DNA of 43,523 nt, taken from contig JAYGCM010000013.1 in assembly GCA_046583355.1 (NCBI GenBank), positions 1 through 43,523 on the forward strand, given 5' to 3'. The stretch is from Deltaproteobacteria bacterium. Its GTDB lineage: Bacteria; Desulfobacterota; Binatia; UBA12015. The notes under the pieces were generated by a model. That model ran no database searches. It saw nothing but the letters and a program-made list of their open reading frames with translations, and was not told where the DNA came from. Shown piece after piece: positions 17,718 to 26,726 of the stretch. The position numbers and the translations under genes were made by a program. Every line of letters starts with the position of its first letter. Position 1 is the stretch's first letter.

Positions 17718-20039
17718 ATGTGCCGCGTGCAATCTGCGTTTTTTCGCTTCCTTGGGCTGGCCGGCGCTGTTTTTCTTTTCCTTTTCCCGGCCCCGGTCCG
17801 AGCGGCCGAATTTTCCGGGGCCCTACGCTGCCGCGGCTGCCACGAGGCGGAATTCCGTGCCTGGCAAGGTTCGGACCACGACCGCGCGATGATGCTGGCT
17901 GCCGAGGAGGGGGCGGTTCTCGGCGATTTCGGTGACGCCCGGGTCGAATCCGGCGGCGTCGCGGCGCGCTTCTTTCGTCGCGACGGCGGTTTCTTCGCGG
18001 TCCTCCACGAGCTTGATGGCACCACGCAGGAGGTCGAGATTGTGCATGCCTTCGGCACCGAGCCTTTGCAGCAATATCTTGTGCACGGATCCTCCGGGCG
18101 TTTGCAGGCTTTGACCTTCGCCTGGGATTCGCGGCCGCAGGATGCCGGCGGCCAGCGCTGGTTCTCGCTGCAAGTCGAGGGCGAGGCGGCCCCTGGCGAC
18201 CCTTTGCATTGGGATGGCGTCGCTTTTCGCTGGAACCGCATGTGCGCCGATTGCCATTCGACCGCCTTGCGCAAGGAGTTTCGCTTGGCCGAGAAGGCCT
18301 ACGAGACGGCCTACGCGGAGATCGATGTTGCCTGCGAGTCCTGTCACGGCCCGGGCTCGGCGCATATTGCCTGGGCGGAGACAGGTGCTGCGCCACCAGG
18401 CAATGGCTTCGCGATCCAGCTGCGCGGGCGCGGTAGTTGGCATCGCCAGGAGGGGGCGCGCATTGCCGAGCGCGCGGCCGGGCAAGGCGCGGAATCTACC
18501 GCCGAGCTTCAGGTTTGTGCACCTTGCCATGCCCGCCGCTCACAGATCGGCGACCCGCTGGCGGCGCACGGCCGCTTCCTCGACGCGTATCGCCCGCAAC
18601 TTCTCGATGAGGGGCTGTATTTTCCCGATGGGCAGATCCAGGACGAGGTCTATGTCTACGGATCCTTCCTGCAAAGCCGAATGTTCGCCGCCGGCGTGAC
18701 CTGTAGCGATTGCCACGATCCGCATAGCCTCGCTCTGCGCGAAGAGGGCAACGCGCTCTGCGGCGGCTGCCACGGCGCGGCTACCTTTGATACGGCCGAG
18801 CATCATTTTCACGAAACGGGGACGGCGGGCGCGCGCTGCGTGTCCTGCCATATGCCCGAGCGAACTTATATGAAGGTTGACCCGCGGCGCGACCACGGCT
18901 TCCGCGTGCCGCGCGCGGACCTCGCCTTGGAACTCGGCGTGCCTTTGCCTTGCCTCGATTGTCACGCGGACCGCGATGCGGCGTGGGCCAGGACGATCCT
19001 CGAAGCCCGCGGTGCACAAGTCGACCGGCCGCCGGCCTTCCCGCGGGCGCTGGCGGCAGGGCGACGCGGTGCGGCGGGTGCCCGCGCCGATCTGATTCGT
19101 ATCCTACGCTCGTCTGGCGAGCCGGGAATCGCGCGTGCGAGCGCCGCCGCGCTGCTCGCTTCTTATCCTGGGACAGCGACGGATAAAGCTCTGGCCGAGG
19201 CCGCCCGCGATGGCGACGCCCTGGTCCGCATGGGAGCGGCCTCGGCGCTCGAGGTGCTGCCGCCGCGCGAACGTCTTCGCGTGGGCGTGGCTTTGCTCGG
19301 TGACGCGACACTCGCTGTACGGATTGAAGCCGGTCGCGCTCTCGGCGATGCACCACCGGAAGCTCTGGGCGAAAGCGGTGCCGCAGCGCTGGCGGCCGCG
19401 CTTGCCGAGTACCGCGCGGCCCAGCAACGCAATGCGGATTGGCCCGAGGCGCATCTCAACCTGGGGCTTCTTGCCGCGCGCCGCGGCGATCTCGAGGTGG
19501 CAGATGCTGCTTACCGCGAGGCGTTGCGCGTCGGCCCGGAGTTTCTGCCGAGCTATGTGAACCTGGCCGACCTATTGCGCCAAAACGGCGACGAGACTGG
19601 CGCCGAGGAGATTTTGCGTCGTGGCCTCGCGCGGGCCCCGGGCTCGGCCGACCTGCGCCATGCGCTGGGTCTGGCGCTGGTTCGTCAGGGCGACACGGTC
19701 GCGGCATTATCCGAACTGGCCCGCGCCGCCGAGTTGGCGCCGCAGGAGCCGCGCTATGCCTACGTTCTGACCGTCGCGAAGCATTCTTCGGGAGACCTGG
19801 AGGGCGCTCGCGAGCTGCTACAACGTGCGCTCGCACGGCATCCGCAGGACGCCGCGCTGCTTGAGCTCGGGGTATCGCTCAGTCTGCAGAGCGGCGCGCG
19901 CGCTGCCGTGCGTGGCTATGCGGAACGGCTCCTGCTCCTACGGCCCAACGACCCGCAGTTGCGCAAGCTGATGCGAGATCTCGACGCTGCTGCTGCAGGC
20001 GGCCGCAGCTCTGATGAAAAGGGCGCACGCGCTCGTTAG
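17718..20039 (+). CDS. Periplasmic multiheme c-type cytochrome (8 CXXCH) with HEAT-like and TPR repeats
   Basis: Signal peptide; CRGCH, CADCH, CESCH, CAPCH, CSDCH, CGGCH, CVSCH, CLDCH; then DALVRMGAASAL HEAT-like and AHLNLG/SYVNLADL/ALGLALVRQG TPR repeats. Start is 17718 or 17727. Confidence 0.9.
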   Translation: MCRVQSAFFRFLGLAGAVFLFLFPAPVRAAEFSGALRCRGCHEAEFRAWQGSDHDRAMMLAAEEGAVLGDFGDARVESGGVAARFFRRDGGFFAVLHELDGTTQEVEIVHAFGTEPLQQYLVHGSSGRLQALTFAWDSRPQDAGGQRWFSLQVEGEAAPGDPLHWDGVAFRWNRMCADCHSTALRKEFRLAEKAYETAYAEIDVACESCHGPGSAHIAWAETGAAPPGNGFAIQLRGRGSWHRQEGARIAERAAGQGAESTAELQVCAPCHARRSQIGDPLAAHGRFLDAYRPQLLDEGLYFPDGQIQDEVYVYGSFLQSRMFAAGVTCSDCHDPHSLALREEGNALCGGCHGAATFDTAEHHFHETGTAGARCVSCHMPERTYMKVDPRRDHGFRVPRADLALELGVPLPCLDCHADRDAAWARTILEARGAQVDRPPAFPRALAAGRRGAAGARADLIRILRSSGEPGIARASAAALLASYPGTATDKALAEAARDGDALVRMGAASALEVLPPRERLRVGVALLGDATLAVRIEAGRALGDAPPEALGESGAAALAAALAEYRAAQQRNADWPEAHLNLGLLAARRGDLEVADAAYREALRVGPEFLPSYVNLADLLRQNGDETGAEEILRRGLARAPGSADLRHALGLALVRQGDTVAALSELARAAELAPQEPRYAYVLTVAKHSSGDLEGARELLQRALARHPQDAALLELGVSLSLQSGARAAVRGYAERLLLLRPNDPQLRKLMRDLDAAAAGGRSSDEKGARAR

Positions 20040-20050
20040 CTTTACCTGTC

Positions 20051-20932
20051 GTGATCGATTGCTTGTCTGCACGCCTCGCGGCGTTCCTCCTTTGTGTCTG
20101 TTGGGCTGTTCCTGCGGCGGCTGAGGCGAAGCCTGCCCTGCGCCTGGCGACGACCACAAGCACGGCGGATTCCGGTCTGCTGGAGGCCATTTTGCCGGAG
20201 TTCGAGGAGCGCCATGGCGTGCGGGTGGATGTGGTTGCGGTCGGCACGGGCCAGGCGCTCGCGCTCGGGCGTGCCGGCGATGCCGATATATTGCTGGTCC
20301 ATGCGCGCCTGCGTGAGGAGGCCTTCGTTGCGGCGGGCCACGGAATCGAGCGTCGTGATATTATGTACAACGATTTCGTGATTGTGGGGCCGCTGGCTGA
20401 TCCGGCCGACATTCGCACGGCCCCGAGCGCGGCAGACGCTCTGACCCGAATCGCGGCGACCGGGTCGGCTTTCGCCTCGCGCGGCGATGATTCCGGGACG
20501 CATTCCAAGGAGATGGGGTTGTGGAAGGCCATCGGCATGCCGCCGGATCCGGCGGCGGGTTGGTATCGTTCGCTCGGGCAGGGCATGGGCTCAACGCTAC
20601 AATTCGCCAACGAGACCGACGCCTATGCGCTGACGGACCGTGGGACCTTTCTCGCGCAGCGGCACCGACTGGCGCACCTGGAGGTCCTGGTCGGCGGCGC
20701 CTCGCCGGCCGACAATTCCGACCCTGCGCTTTTCAACCCCTACGGGCTGGTTCTCGTTGCGCCGGGCAAGAGTTCCATCAAGGCTGATCTGGCGCAGGCT
20801 TTCGCGGATTGGCTGGTCTCCTTGCCGACCCAGGAGCGGATTTCGATTTTTGGTCGTGACCGGTACGGCATGGCGCTTTTCTATCCGAATTCGCGGGCCT
20901 GGAAGCAGGCCGCGGCTCTGGCGCGTCCATGA
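20051..20932 (+). CDS. tupA: Tungstate ABC transporter substrate-binding protein
   Basis: Signal peptide; LRLATTTSTADSGLL (TTTS motif), VGTGQAL, MYNDFVIVGP, SRGDDSGTH, YALTDRGT. Confidence 0.9.
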   Translation: MIDCLSARLAAFLLCVCWAVPAAAEAKPALRLATTTSTADSGLLEAILPEFEERHGVRVDVVAVGTGQALALGRAGDADILLVHARLREEAFVAAGHGIERRDIMYNDFVIVGPLADPADIRTAPSAADALTRIAATGSAFASRGDDSGTHSKEMGLWKAIGMPPDPAAGWYRSLGQGMGSTLQFANETDAYALTDRGTFLAQRHRLAHLEVLVGGASPADNSDPALFNPYGLVLVAPGKSSIKADLAQAFADWLVSLPTQERISIFGRDRYGMALFYPNSRAWKQAAALARP

Positions 20933-20947
20933 GGGCGGGGATCGCGC

Positions 20948-21673
20948 ATGCGTGAGGGTTCCTGGGAGACGCTCGCTACGGCCTTTGCCGGGGCGCTCGA
21001 TCTCGTCACCTCCGGTGATCCCCAGCTTTTCTCGATATTAGCATTGACCATGCGGGTCTCCCTGAGCGCGCTATTGATCGCGACGCTGGTGGGGATTCCC
21101 TTGGGGGCGTTTGTCGGCCTCCAAGCCGGGCCGCGTATGCGGCGTGCCATGCGTGCGTTGCTTTATACGGGAATGGGAATGCCGCCGGTGGTGGTCGGCC
21201 TGGGTGTCTATCTTTTTCTCTCGCGCTCGGGGCCGCTTGCTGGCCTGGAATGGCTCTTCACGCCAAGCGCCATGATTCTGGCGCAATCGCTGTTGGCCCT
21301 GCCTCTGGTGAGCGGCTTGACGATGGCGGCGGTGGAGGGCGTGGATGCCGAGCTTGAGCGACAGCTTGTCTCGCTCGGAGCCACCCGCAGGCAGGTCGCA
21401 CAGACTGTTTTGCTCGAGGCTCGCGGCGGCGTTCTTGCGGCGATCGCCGCGGCCTTCGGTGGCGCCATTTCAGAGGTCGGCGCGGTGATGCTGGTGGGCG
21501 GCAATATCGCCGGCCATACCCGTGTGCTCACAACCGCCATCGTATTGGAGACCCGGCGCGGGGAGTTCGCTCTGGCGCTGGCGTTGGGGTTGGTTCTGCT
21601 CGCGATGGCTTTGTTGGTGAACCTCATTCTGATCGGCGCCGGCGAGCCGCGGAGGAAGCCTTCTGGTGACTGA
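20948..21673 (+). CDS. tupB: Tungstate ABC transporter permease
   Basis: MGMPPVVVGL..LSRSGPL..LFTP.AMILAQ; FGGAISEVGAVMLVGGNI..TRVLTTAIVLET. Confidence 0.9.
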   Translation: MREGSWETLATAFAGALDLVTSGDPQLFSILALTMRVSLSALLIATLVGIPLGAFVGLQAGPRMRRAMRALLYTGMGMPPVVVGLGVYLFLSRSGPLAGLEWLFTPSAMILAQSLLALPLVSGLTMAAVEGVDAELERQLVSLGATRRQVAQTVLLEARGGVLAAIAAAFGGAISEVGAVMLVGGNIAGHTRVLTTAIVLETRRGEFALALALGLVLLAMALLVNLILIGAGEPRRKPSGD

Positions 21674-22388
21674 AACGGTCTACAGGCTTGCGGCCTTGCG
21701 CCAATCTTATTCTGGGCGCTGCGTGCTCGATATCCCGGAATTGGAGATCGCTGCGGGTTCCTTCACCGCCGTGCTCGGGCCGAGTGGTTCGGGGAAGTCG
21801 ACGCTTTTGCGCCTGCTCGACCTTCTCGAAGAGCCGCATGAGGGGTTTCTTTTCTTCAAGGGCCGGCGCCTGCCGCCGAGGGCGCCGACCTCGGCGCGCC
21901 GCGAGGTGACGACGGTTTTTCAACGACCACGCCTGCTGGCTCGCTCGGTTACGCGCAATGTTTCTTTCGGCCTCGAGCTGCGTGGCCGCGAGGACCGCAA
22001 GGGGGTCGCCGATCTGCTCGAACGTGTCGGGCTTGCGTCGCTCGCGGAAACCCCGGCCTACCTGCTCTCGGGTGGTGAGCAGCAGCGGGTCGCGCTCGCG
22101 CGGGCATTGGCCGTGCGGCCCAAGGTGCTGCTTCTGGATGAGGCGACGGCCAACCTCGACCCGGCCAATGTCGCGATGATCGAGGAGTTGATCACCGAAG
22201 AGCATCGGCGCCGCGGCATGACGATCGTCTTCGTTACGCATAATATTTTCCAGGCGCGTCGCCTCGCCGACCGCTGTGCGCTGCTGCTGGGCGGCAAGTT
22301 GATTGCCGAGGCTCCTACCGAAATTTTTTTCGAGTCGCCGCCCGACCCGCGTGTGCATGCTTTCGTTGCGGGCGAGATGGTTTGTTAG
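21666..22388 (+). CDS. tupC: Tungstate ABC transporter ATPase
   Basis: Walker A GPSGSGKST, LSGGEQQR signature, LLLDEATANLDP; overlaps the tupB stop. Confidence 0.88.
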   Translation: MTETVYRLAALRQSYSGRCVLDIPELEIAAGSFTAVLGPSGSGKSTLLRLLDLLEEPHEGFLFFKGRRLPPRAPTSARREVTTVFQRPRLLARSVTRNVSFGLELRGREDRKGVADLLERVGLASLAETPAYLLSGGEQQRVALARALAVRPKVLLLDEATANLDPANVAMIEELITEEHRRRGMTIVFVTHNIFQARRLADRCALLLGGKLIAEAPTEIFFESPPDPRVHAFVAGEMVC

Positions 22389-22407
22389 ATTGCGGCCGAG
22401 GAATTTC

Positions 22408-24327
22408 ATGCGAATGATTTCAATTATATTGCTTGTCTTGCCTCTTGCCCTTCTGCCGACGCCGACACGGGCAGAGGGTCTCCCCGAGTCAGCGCCGCCC
22501 GAAGTCGAGACCCTGGTGGTGACGGGTTCGCGTGCGCCACAGCCACTCGAGCTATTGCCCGGCAGCGTTGAGGTCATCAGCCGCAAGGAGATCGAGGCCT
22601 CGAAATACGATGGGGTGGTGGATGTGATCCGCAATCTTCCGGGCCTGCATGTGCAGCAGGCCGGGACGCGCGGCAGTCTCGCCTCGATTTATATGCGCGG
22701 GCTCGACCCCAACCATACGCTGATCTTGCTCGATGGTGTGGTGCTCAACGACCCGACCAATGCGCGCGGCGGCTCGTTTGACCTCTCGACACTCGATTTA
22801 CTCAACCTTGAGCAGATCGAGGTCGTGCGCGGGCCGGTCTCGGCCGTGCATGGCTCGGATGCGCTGGCCGGCGCGATTCAGATTCGCACCCGTGGCGGCA
22901 AGGGCGAGGACGAGGCCATGGTCGATCTCTCCGGCGGCCGCTTCGGCTATTTTCGGGGGATGGCAAGTGCGCGCGGCGAGCGCGGACCGGTGGACCTTGC
23001 GATCGCCGGCTCCTGGGTTCGTGAGGGAGTGCCCGATGAGCTTGGCGGCTACGACGGCGGCAGCGTGTTGGCGCATGCCGGCGTGGCGCTTCCGGGCGAG
23101 GGCGAGCTGCGCGGCACGCTGCGCTACGGGGATTCGCATTCCGCGGCCTACCCGGTCTTCAGCGGCGGGGTGGAATACGCGCTTCTGCAAGGAGAGTTCG
23201 AGGTCCGCGATGTAGAAGAGCTCGATATTGGCTTGACTTGGGAGCAGCGCGTGCACGAGAAGATCGAGGCGGCGCTCTGGGCGACCACCACCCAGCGTTG
23301 GGAGCATCTCCGGTCGCCCGGCGTGCCGCCCGAAGCACCGGGCGAGCCGGGAACCACGACGAGGCTTGAGCGCTATTCCGCCTCGGGCCGCGTGACGGCA
23401 GACCCCGGCGCGGGGCTGACTCTCACCCTGGGTGGGGACGTGGAGTGGCAGGTCGGGTCGAGCCGTGGCGCGCTTGATTTCGGCGGCGTGGTCGTGCCGG
23501 GTCTGATCGATTTCGATCTGAATCGCCTGACCGGCGCGCCTTTTGCCGAGGCGCATCTGGAGTCCAGCTTCGGTTTGGTCGTGCAGGCGGGCCTGCGCGT
23601 TGATATCCCCGACGATTACGCAAGCGAGGTATCTTCCCGGCTGAGTGCCTCTTGGGCGATCGCCGAGACGGGGCTGTCGTGGAACGGCAGCTGGGGGGAG
23701 GGCTTCAAGCTGCCGAGCTTCTACGCTCTGGGCAACCCGATTGTCGGTAACCGCGATCTCGTTCCCGAGCGCAGCCGCGGCTGGGATCTCGGTGTCGGCT
23801 GGGAGTTTCTGGACGCGAGGGCGAACGCAAGCCTCACGTATTTTGATCTCGATGTAGAGAATCTGATCGACTTCAACTCGGATACCTTTCTTCTCGAGAA
23901 TCTCGCGCAGGTTGAATCCAATGGGGTCGAGGCAGAGCTTCGCCTGGAGCCGATCGCCGGAGTCGCTATCACGGCGCATGCCACCTGGAACGATGTCCGC
24001 GACAGCGAAACGGGCACGCGCCTGCTGAATCGGCCGAAATGGCGCGGTGGCCTCGGGCTGCTCTGGCAGGTGAATCATGCCGTGGAGACGCGTCTGCAGG
24101 CGCTTTTCGTCGGCCCGTTGCCGGCCGAGTCGGTCCCGACCGGTGTCGTCACGCTGGGCGCTTACCAGCGGGTGGATCTCGCCATTTCCTGGCAGGCACT
24201 CCCGTGGCTGCAGGTATATATTACGATTGACAATCTCCTCGACCAGCGCTTTCAGGAAGAAGTCGGCATTCCGGCACCGGGAATCCGGCCGCGCGCCGGA
24301 GTGCAGGCCCGATTTTCCGGGCTTTGA
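22408..24327 (+). CDS. TonB-dependent outer-membrane receptor
   Basis: GAGG RBS before ATG 22408; signal peptide; TonB box ETLVVTGSR; plug (IYMRG..LILLDGV; IEVVRGP.S.VHGSDALAG); C-terminal IDNLLD..GVQARF. Confidence 0.92.
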   Translation: MRMISIILLVLPLALLPTPTRAEGLPESAPPEVETLVVTGSRAPQPLELLPGSVEVISRKEIEASKYDGVVDVIRNLPGLHVQQAGTRGSLASIYMRGLDPNHTLILLDGVVLNDPTNARGGSFDLSTLDLLNLEQIEVVRGPVSAVHGSDALAGAIQIRTRGGKGEDEAMVDLSGGRFGYFRGMASARGERGPVDLAIAGSWVREGVPDELGGYDGGSVLAHAGVALPGEGELRGTLRYGDSHSAAYPVFSGGVEYALLQGEFEVRDVEELDIGLTWEQRVHEKIEAALWATTTQRWEHLRSPGVPPEAPGEPGTTTRLERYSASGRVTADPGAGLTLTLGGDVEWQVGSSRGALDFGGVVVPGLIDFDLNRLTGAPFAEAHLESSFGLVVQAGLRVDIPDDYASEVSSRLSASWAIAETGLSWNGSWGEGFKLPSFYALGNPIVGNRDLVPERSRGWDLGVGWEFLDARANASLTYFDLDVENLIDFNSDTFLLENLAQVESNGVEAELRLEPIAGVAITAHATWNDVRDSETGTRLLNRPKWRGGLGLLWQVNHAVETRLQALFVGPLPAESVPTGVVTLGAYQRVDLAISWQALPWLQVYITIDNLLDQRFQEEVGIPAPGIRPRAGVQARFSGL

Positions 24328-24656
24328 GCCGACGCTATCGTAGAGGGCATAGGGCTTGCGCTATGGAGTGCGCGGAGAGGGGCCTGAAGAGCCGTGTTTT
24401 GTCGGAAGAAAAGCCTGCCCTCTCTTGCTTATTTCGGGATCTCCCATCCGCTGAGAGGGTTGTCAGAAAGGTTGGTAAAAACTCCGGTGCAGGGCTTTTC
24501 AGGACTATCTTTCTGCACGCCACTAGTGGTAGTTCAGTACTTCGATTTGAAATTTTGCTGCAGGCGACCGGTAGATCTCGAAGCAATTCGCGATCGCCCC
24601 GTCGGCGGCACGATCGAAACTGGACCCCCTGACAACCTGTATCGGAGGCATCTCGC

Positions 24657-25592
24657 ATGAACCTATCCCGCAAATTCGCAAGCAACCGAACTCTCGCAGC
24701 CGGCCTCGGCTTCGCGCTTTCGCTCGGTTTCCTCGGCGCACCGGATGCGCTGGCCCAGGAACAGACCAAGGACCAGCAGAAATGCATCGGTTCGATGGCC
24801 GGTTATGTGGTCCGGATCAATCTGACTCAGGCCCGTGAGAATGCGGGCTGCGTCAAGGATTATGGCAAGGACAAGCTCGGTGCCCAGACGGTTGCGGAAT
24901 GCCTTGAGGCAGACCGCAAGGAGCGCATGCTGAAGCTGGAAGCCAAGATCCAGGAAAAGCAGACCGACCCGGATAAGGGGAAATGTATCGGCGCTGCTGA
25001 GCCCGATTTCGCCTTCGTGAGCGCGGCCGCCATGGTCGCCGGTGTGCAGCCCGAGCAGGTCGCGGCGCTGGCGGACATTCTCGGCGCTACGCCCGAGACT
25101 CTCATTGTGGACGCGACCGACCGAGCGAACCGCGATGCGGCAACATGTCAGAATACGATCCTCAAAACCGCCGACAAGATCACCGCAACGGAACTCAAAG
25201 GCTTCAAGAGTTGTGTCGGCAAGGGCCTGCGAGCCAGGACGGATGCCTTCAGCTCCGCCGCCGATCTTGAGACCTGTATCGACGACGTGAAGCTCGCCGA
25301 AAGGGCCGATAAGGCAGAGGCCAAATTGGTCAAGATGATCGGCAAGAAATGTACCGAGAAGGGCATCGATTGGGACACCGTTGTTGGTGGCGCTTGTGCC
25401 GCCGAAGCCGATCCGACGGCCTACGCTGCCTGTATCCGCACTGCCGCGAATTGTACGGCTTGCCTGGAGATCAATGGCGGCTACGGCCTGGCCATCGATT
25501 GCGACCTGTATGACGATGGCGTGGCAAACAGTACCTGCGGCGGTGCACCTTCACCGCGCGGCGCCTTCGTCGACGGCCCGATTCTTTTCTGA
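24657..25592 (+). CDS. Secreted cysteine-rich helical protein of unknown function (14 Cys) with C-terminal SPRGAFVD motif
   Basis: GGAGG RBS; signal peptide ending ALA; two roughly 4-Cys internal repeats; CDLYDDGVANSTC; followed by a strong terminator. Confidence 0.8.
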   Translation: MNLSRKFASNRTLAAGLGFALSLGFLGAPDALAQEQTKDQQKCIGSMAGYVVRINLTQARENAGCVKDYGKDKLGAQTVAECLEADRKERMLKLEAKIQEKQTDPDKGKCIGAAEPDFAFVSAAAMVAGVQPEQVAALADILGATPETLIVDATDRANRDAATCQNTILKTADKITATELKGFKSCVGKGLRARTDAFSSAADLETCIDDVKLAERADKAEAKLVKMIGKKCTEKGIDWDTVVGGACAAEADPTAYAACIRTAANCTACLEINGGYGLAIDCDLYDDGVANSTCGGAPSPRGAFVDGPILF

Positions 25593-25619
25593 TCGTCATC
25601 AGATCAGCGTAGAACGTGC

Positions 25620-25657
25620 AAAAAGGGCGCGGAGCTTCGGCTCCGCGCCCTTTTTTT
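25620..25657 (+). terminator. Intrinsic terminator
   Basis: AAAAAGGGCGCGGAGC-TTCG-GCTCCGCGCCC-TTTTTTT. Confidence 0.92.
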
Positions 25658-25782
25658 GTCTTCCGCTCCAACCATATCCGGCCGCTTCTGGTGGCGGGCG
25701 GGCTTTCTGTATGGGAGGGGTAATCGGGGAGCCGCCGCGGTCGCGGGGGCGTAGGAACGCAACACAAGAAGGAGATTTCGCG

Positions 25783-26625
25783 ATGCCTCTCGATCCGAGC
25801 GCCGTTGGCAAGACGGGTGAAACACAGCGCCGTAGCTGGACGTCCAAAGATTCCCTACTCTACGCGGTCGGCGTAGGCGCCGGCTGCGAGGAGTTGGCCT
25901 TCACGACTGAGAATTCCAAGGGGATCGAGCAGCGCGTGCTGCCCACCCAAGCGGTGATTCTTGGCGGCGGCGGTTTGCCGATGTCGGAGATCGGCGACTT
26001 CAACCCGGCCATGTTGGTGCACGGCGAGGAAGGCATCGAGCTCTTCGACGAGATCCCGGCTGCGGGCGAGATCGAGAGCATGGGGCGCGTCAAGGCCATG
26101 TGGGATAAGGGCGAAGGCAAAGGCGCCATTGTGGAGCTGGAGTCGGAGTCGATCAATGTCGCCACCGGCAAGCCGTTGATGAAGGTCTTCATGTCCCTGT
26201 TCATTCGTGGCGCGGGCGGCTTCGGCGGCGAGCGTGGCGGCTCCCCGAAGGTCGAGTTTCCGACTGCCGAGCCCGACCATAGCGTGACCTACACGACCCG
26301 TGAGGACCAGGCGCTGACCTACCGCCTCTCGGGCGACCGCAACCCCCTGCATTCGGACCCCTCGTTTGCCGATATGGCCGGCTTCCCGAAGCCGATCCTG
26401 CACGGCCTGTGTACCTATGGCTTCACCGGCCGTGCGCTTTTGCATTCGCTTTGCGACGGCGACCCGGCCAAGTTCGGGTCGATGTACGGCCGCTTCTCCA
26501 AGCCCGTCATGCCGGGCGACGACCTGACAGTATCGATGTGGCAAGACGGCGACCGTATGCTCTTTCGCACGCAGAACCAGAACGGTGATATTGTCATCGA
26601 TCAGGGCCGCTTCACGCTTCGCTAA
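25783..26625 (+). CDS. MaoC-family double hot-dog (R)-enoyl-CoA hydratase (hydratase 2)
   Basis: AAGGAG RBS; YRLSGDRNPLHSDP hydratase-2 motif; PILHGLCTYG; RFSKPVMPGD. Confidence 0.92.
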   Translation: MPLDPSAVGKTGETQRRSWTSKDSLLYAVGVGAGCEELAFTTENSKGIEQRVLPTQAVILGGGGLPMSEIGDFNPAMLVHGEEGIELFDEIPAAGEIESMGRVKAMWDKGEGKGAIVELESESINVATGKPLMKVFMSLFIRGAGGFGGERGGSPKVEFPTAEPDHSVTYTTREDQALTYRLSGDRNPLHSDPSFADMAGFPKPILHGLCTYGFTGRALLHSLCDGDPAKFGSMYGRFSKPVMPGDDLTVSMWQDGDRMLFRTQNQNGDIVIDQGRFTLR

Positions 26626-26652
26626 GAGCGTCGCTTCGGCTACCGCTCGTAG

Positions 26653-26691
26653 AAAGGGCCCGGTCCGCAGTCGCGGATCGGGCCCTTTTTT
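26653..26691 (+). terminator. Intrinsic terminator between convergent genes
   Basis: AAAGGGCCCGGTCCGC-agtc-GCGGATCGGGCCC-TTTTTT. Confidence 0.88.
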
Positions 26692-26726
26692 ACGCGGCGG
26701 TTCGTATCGCGACCGCGCGGGAGACT

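Noticed and set aside
17532..20050. Moco/Tuco riboswitch upstream of the tup genes
   Set aside because: Only 11 bp precede tupA, and I could not match the cytochrome leader to the Moco RNA consensus; an Rfam scan would settle it.
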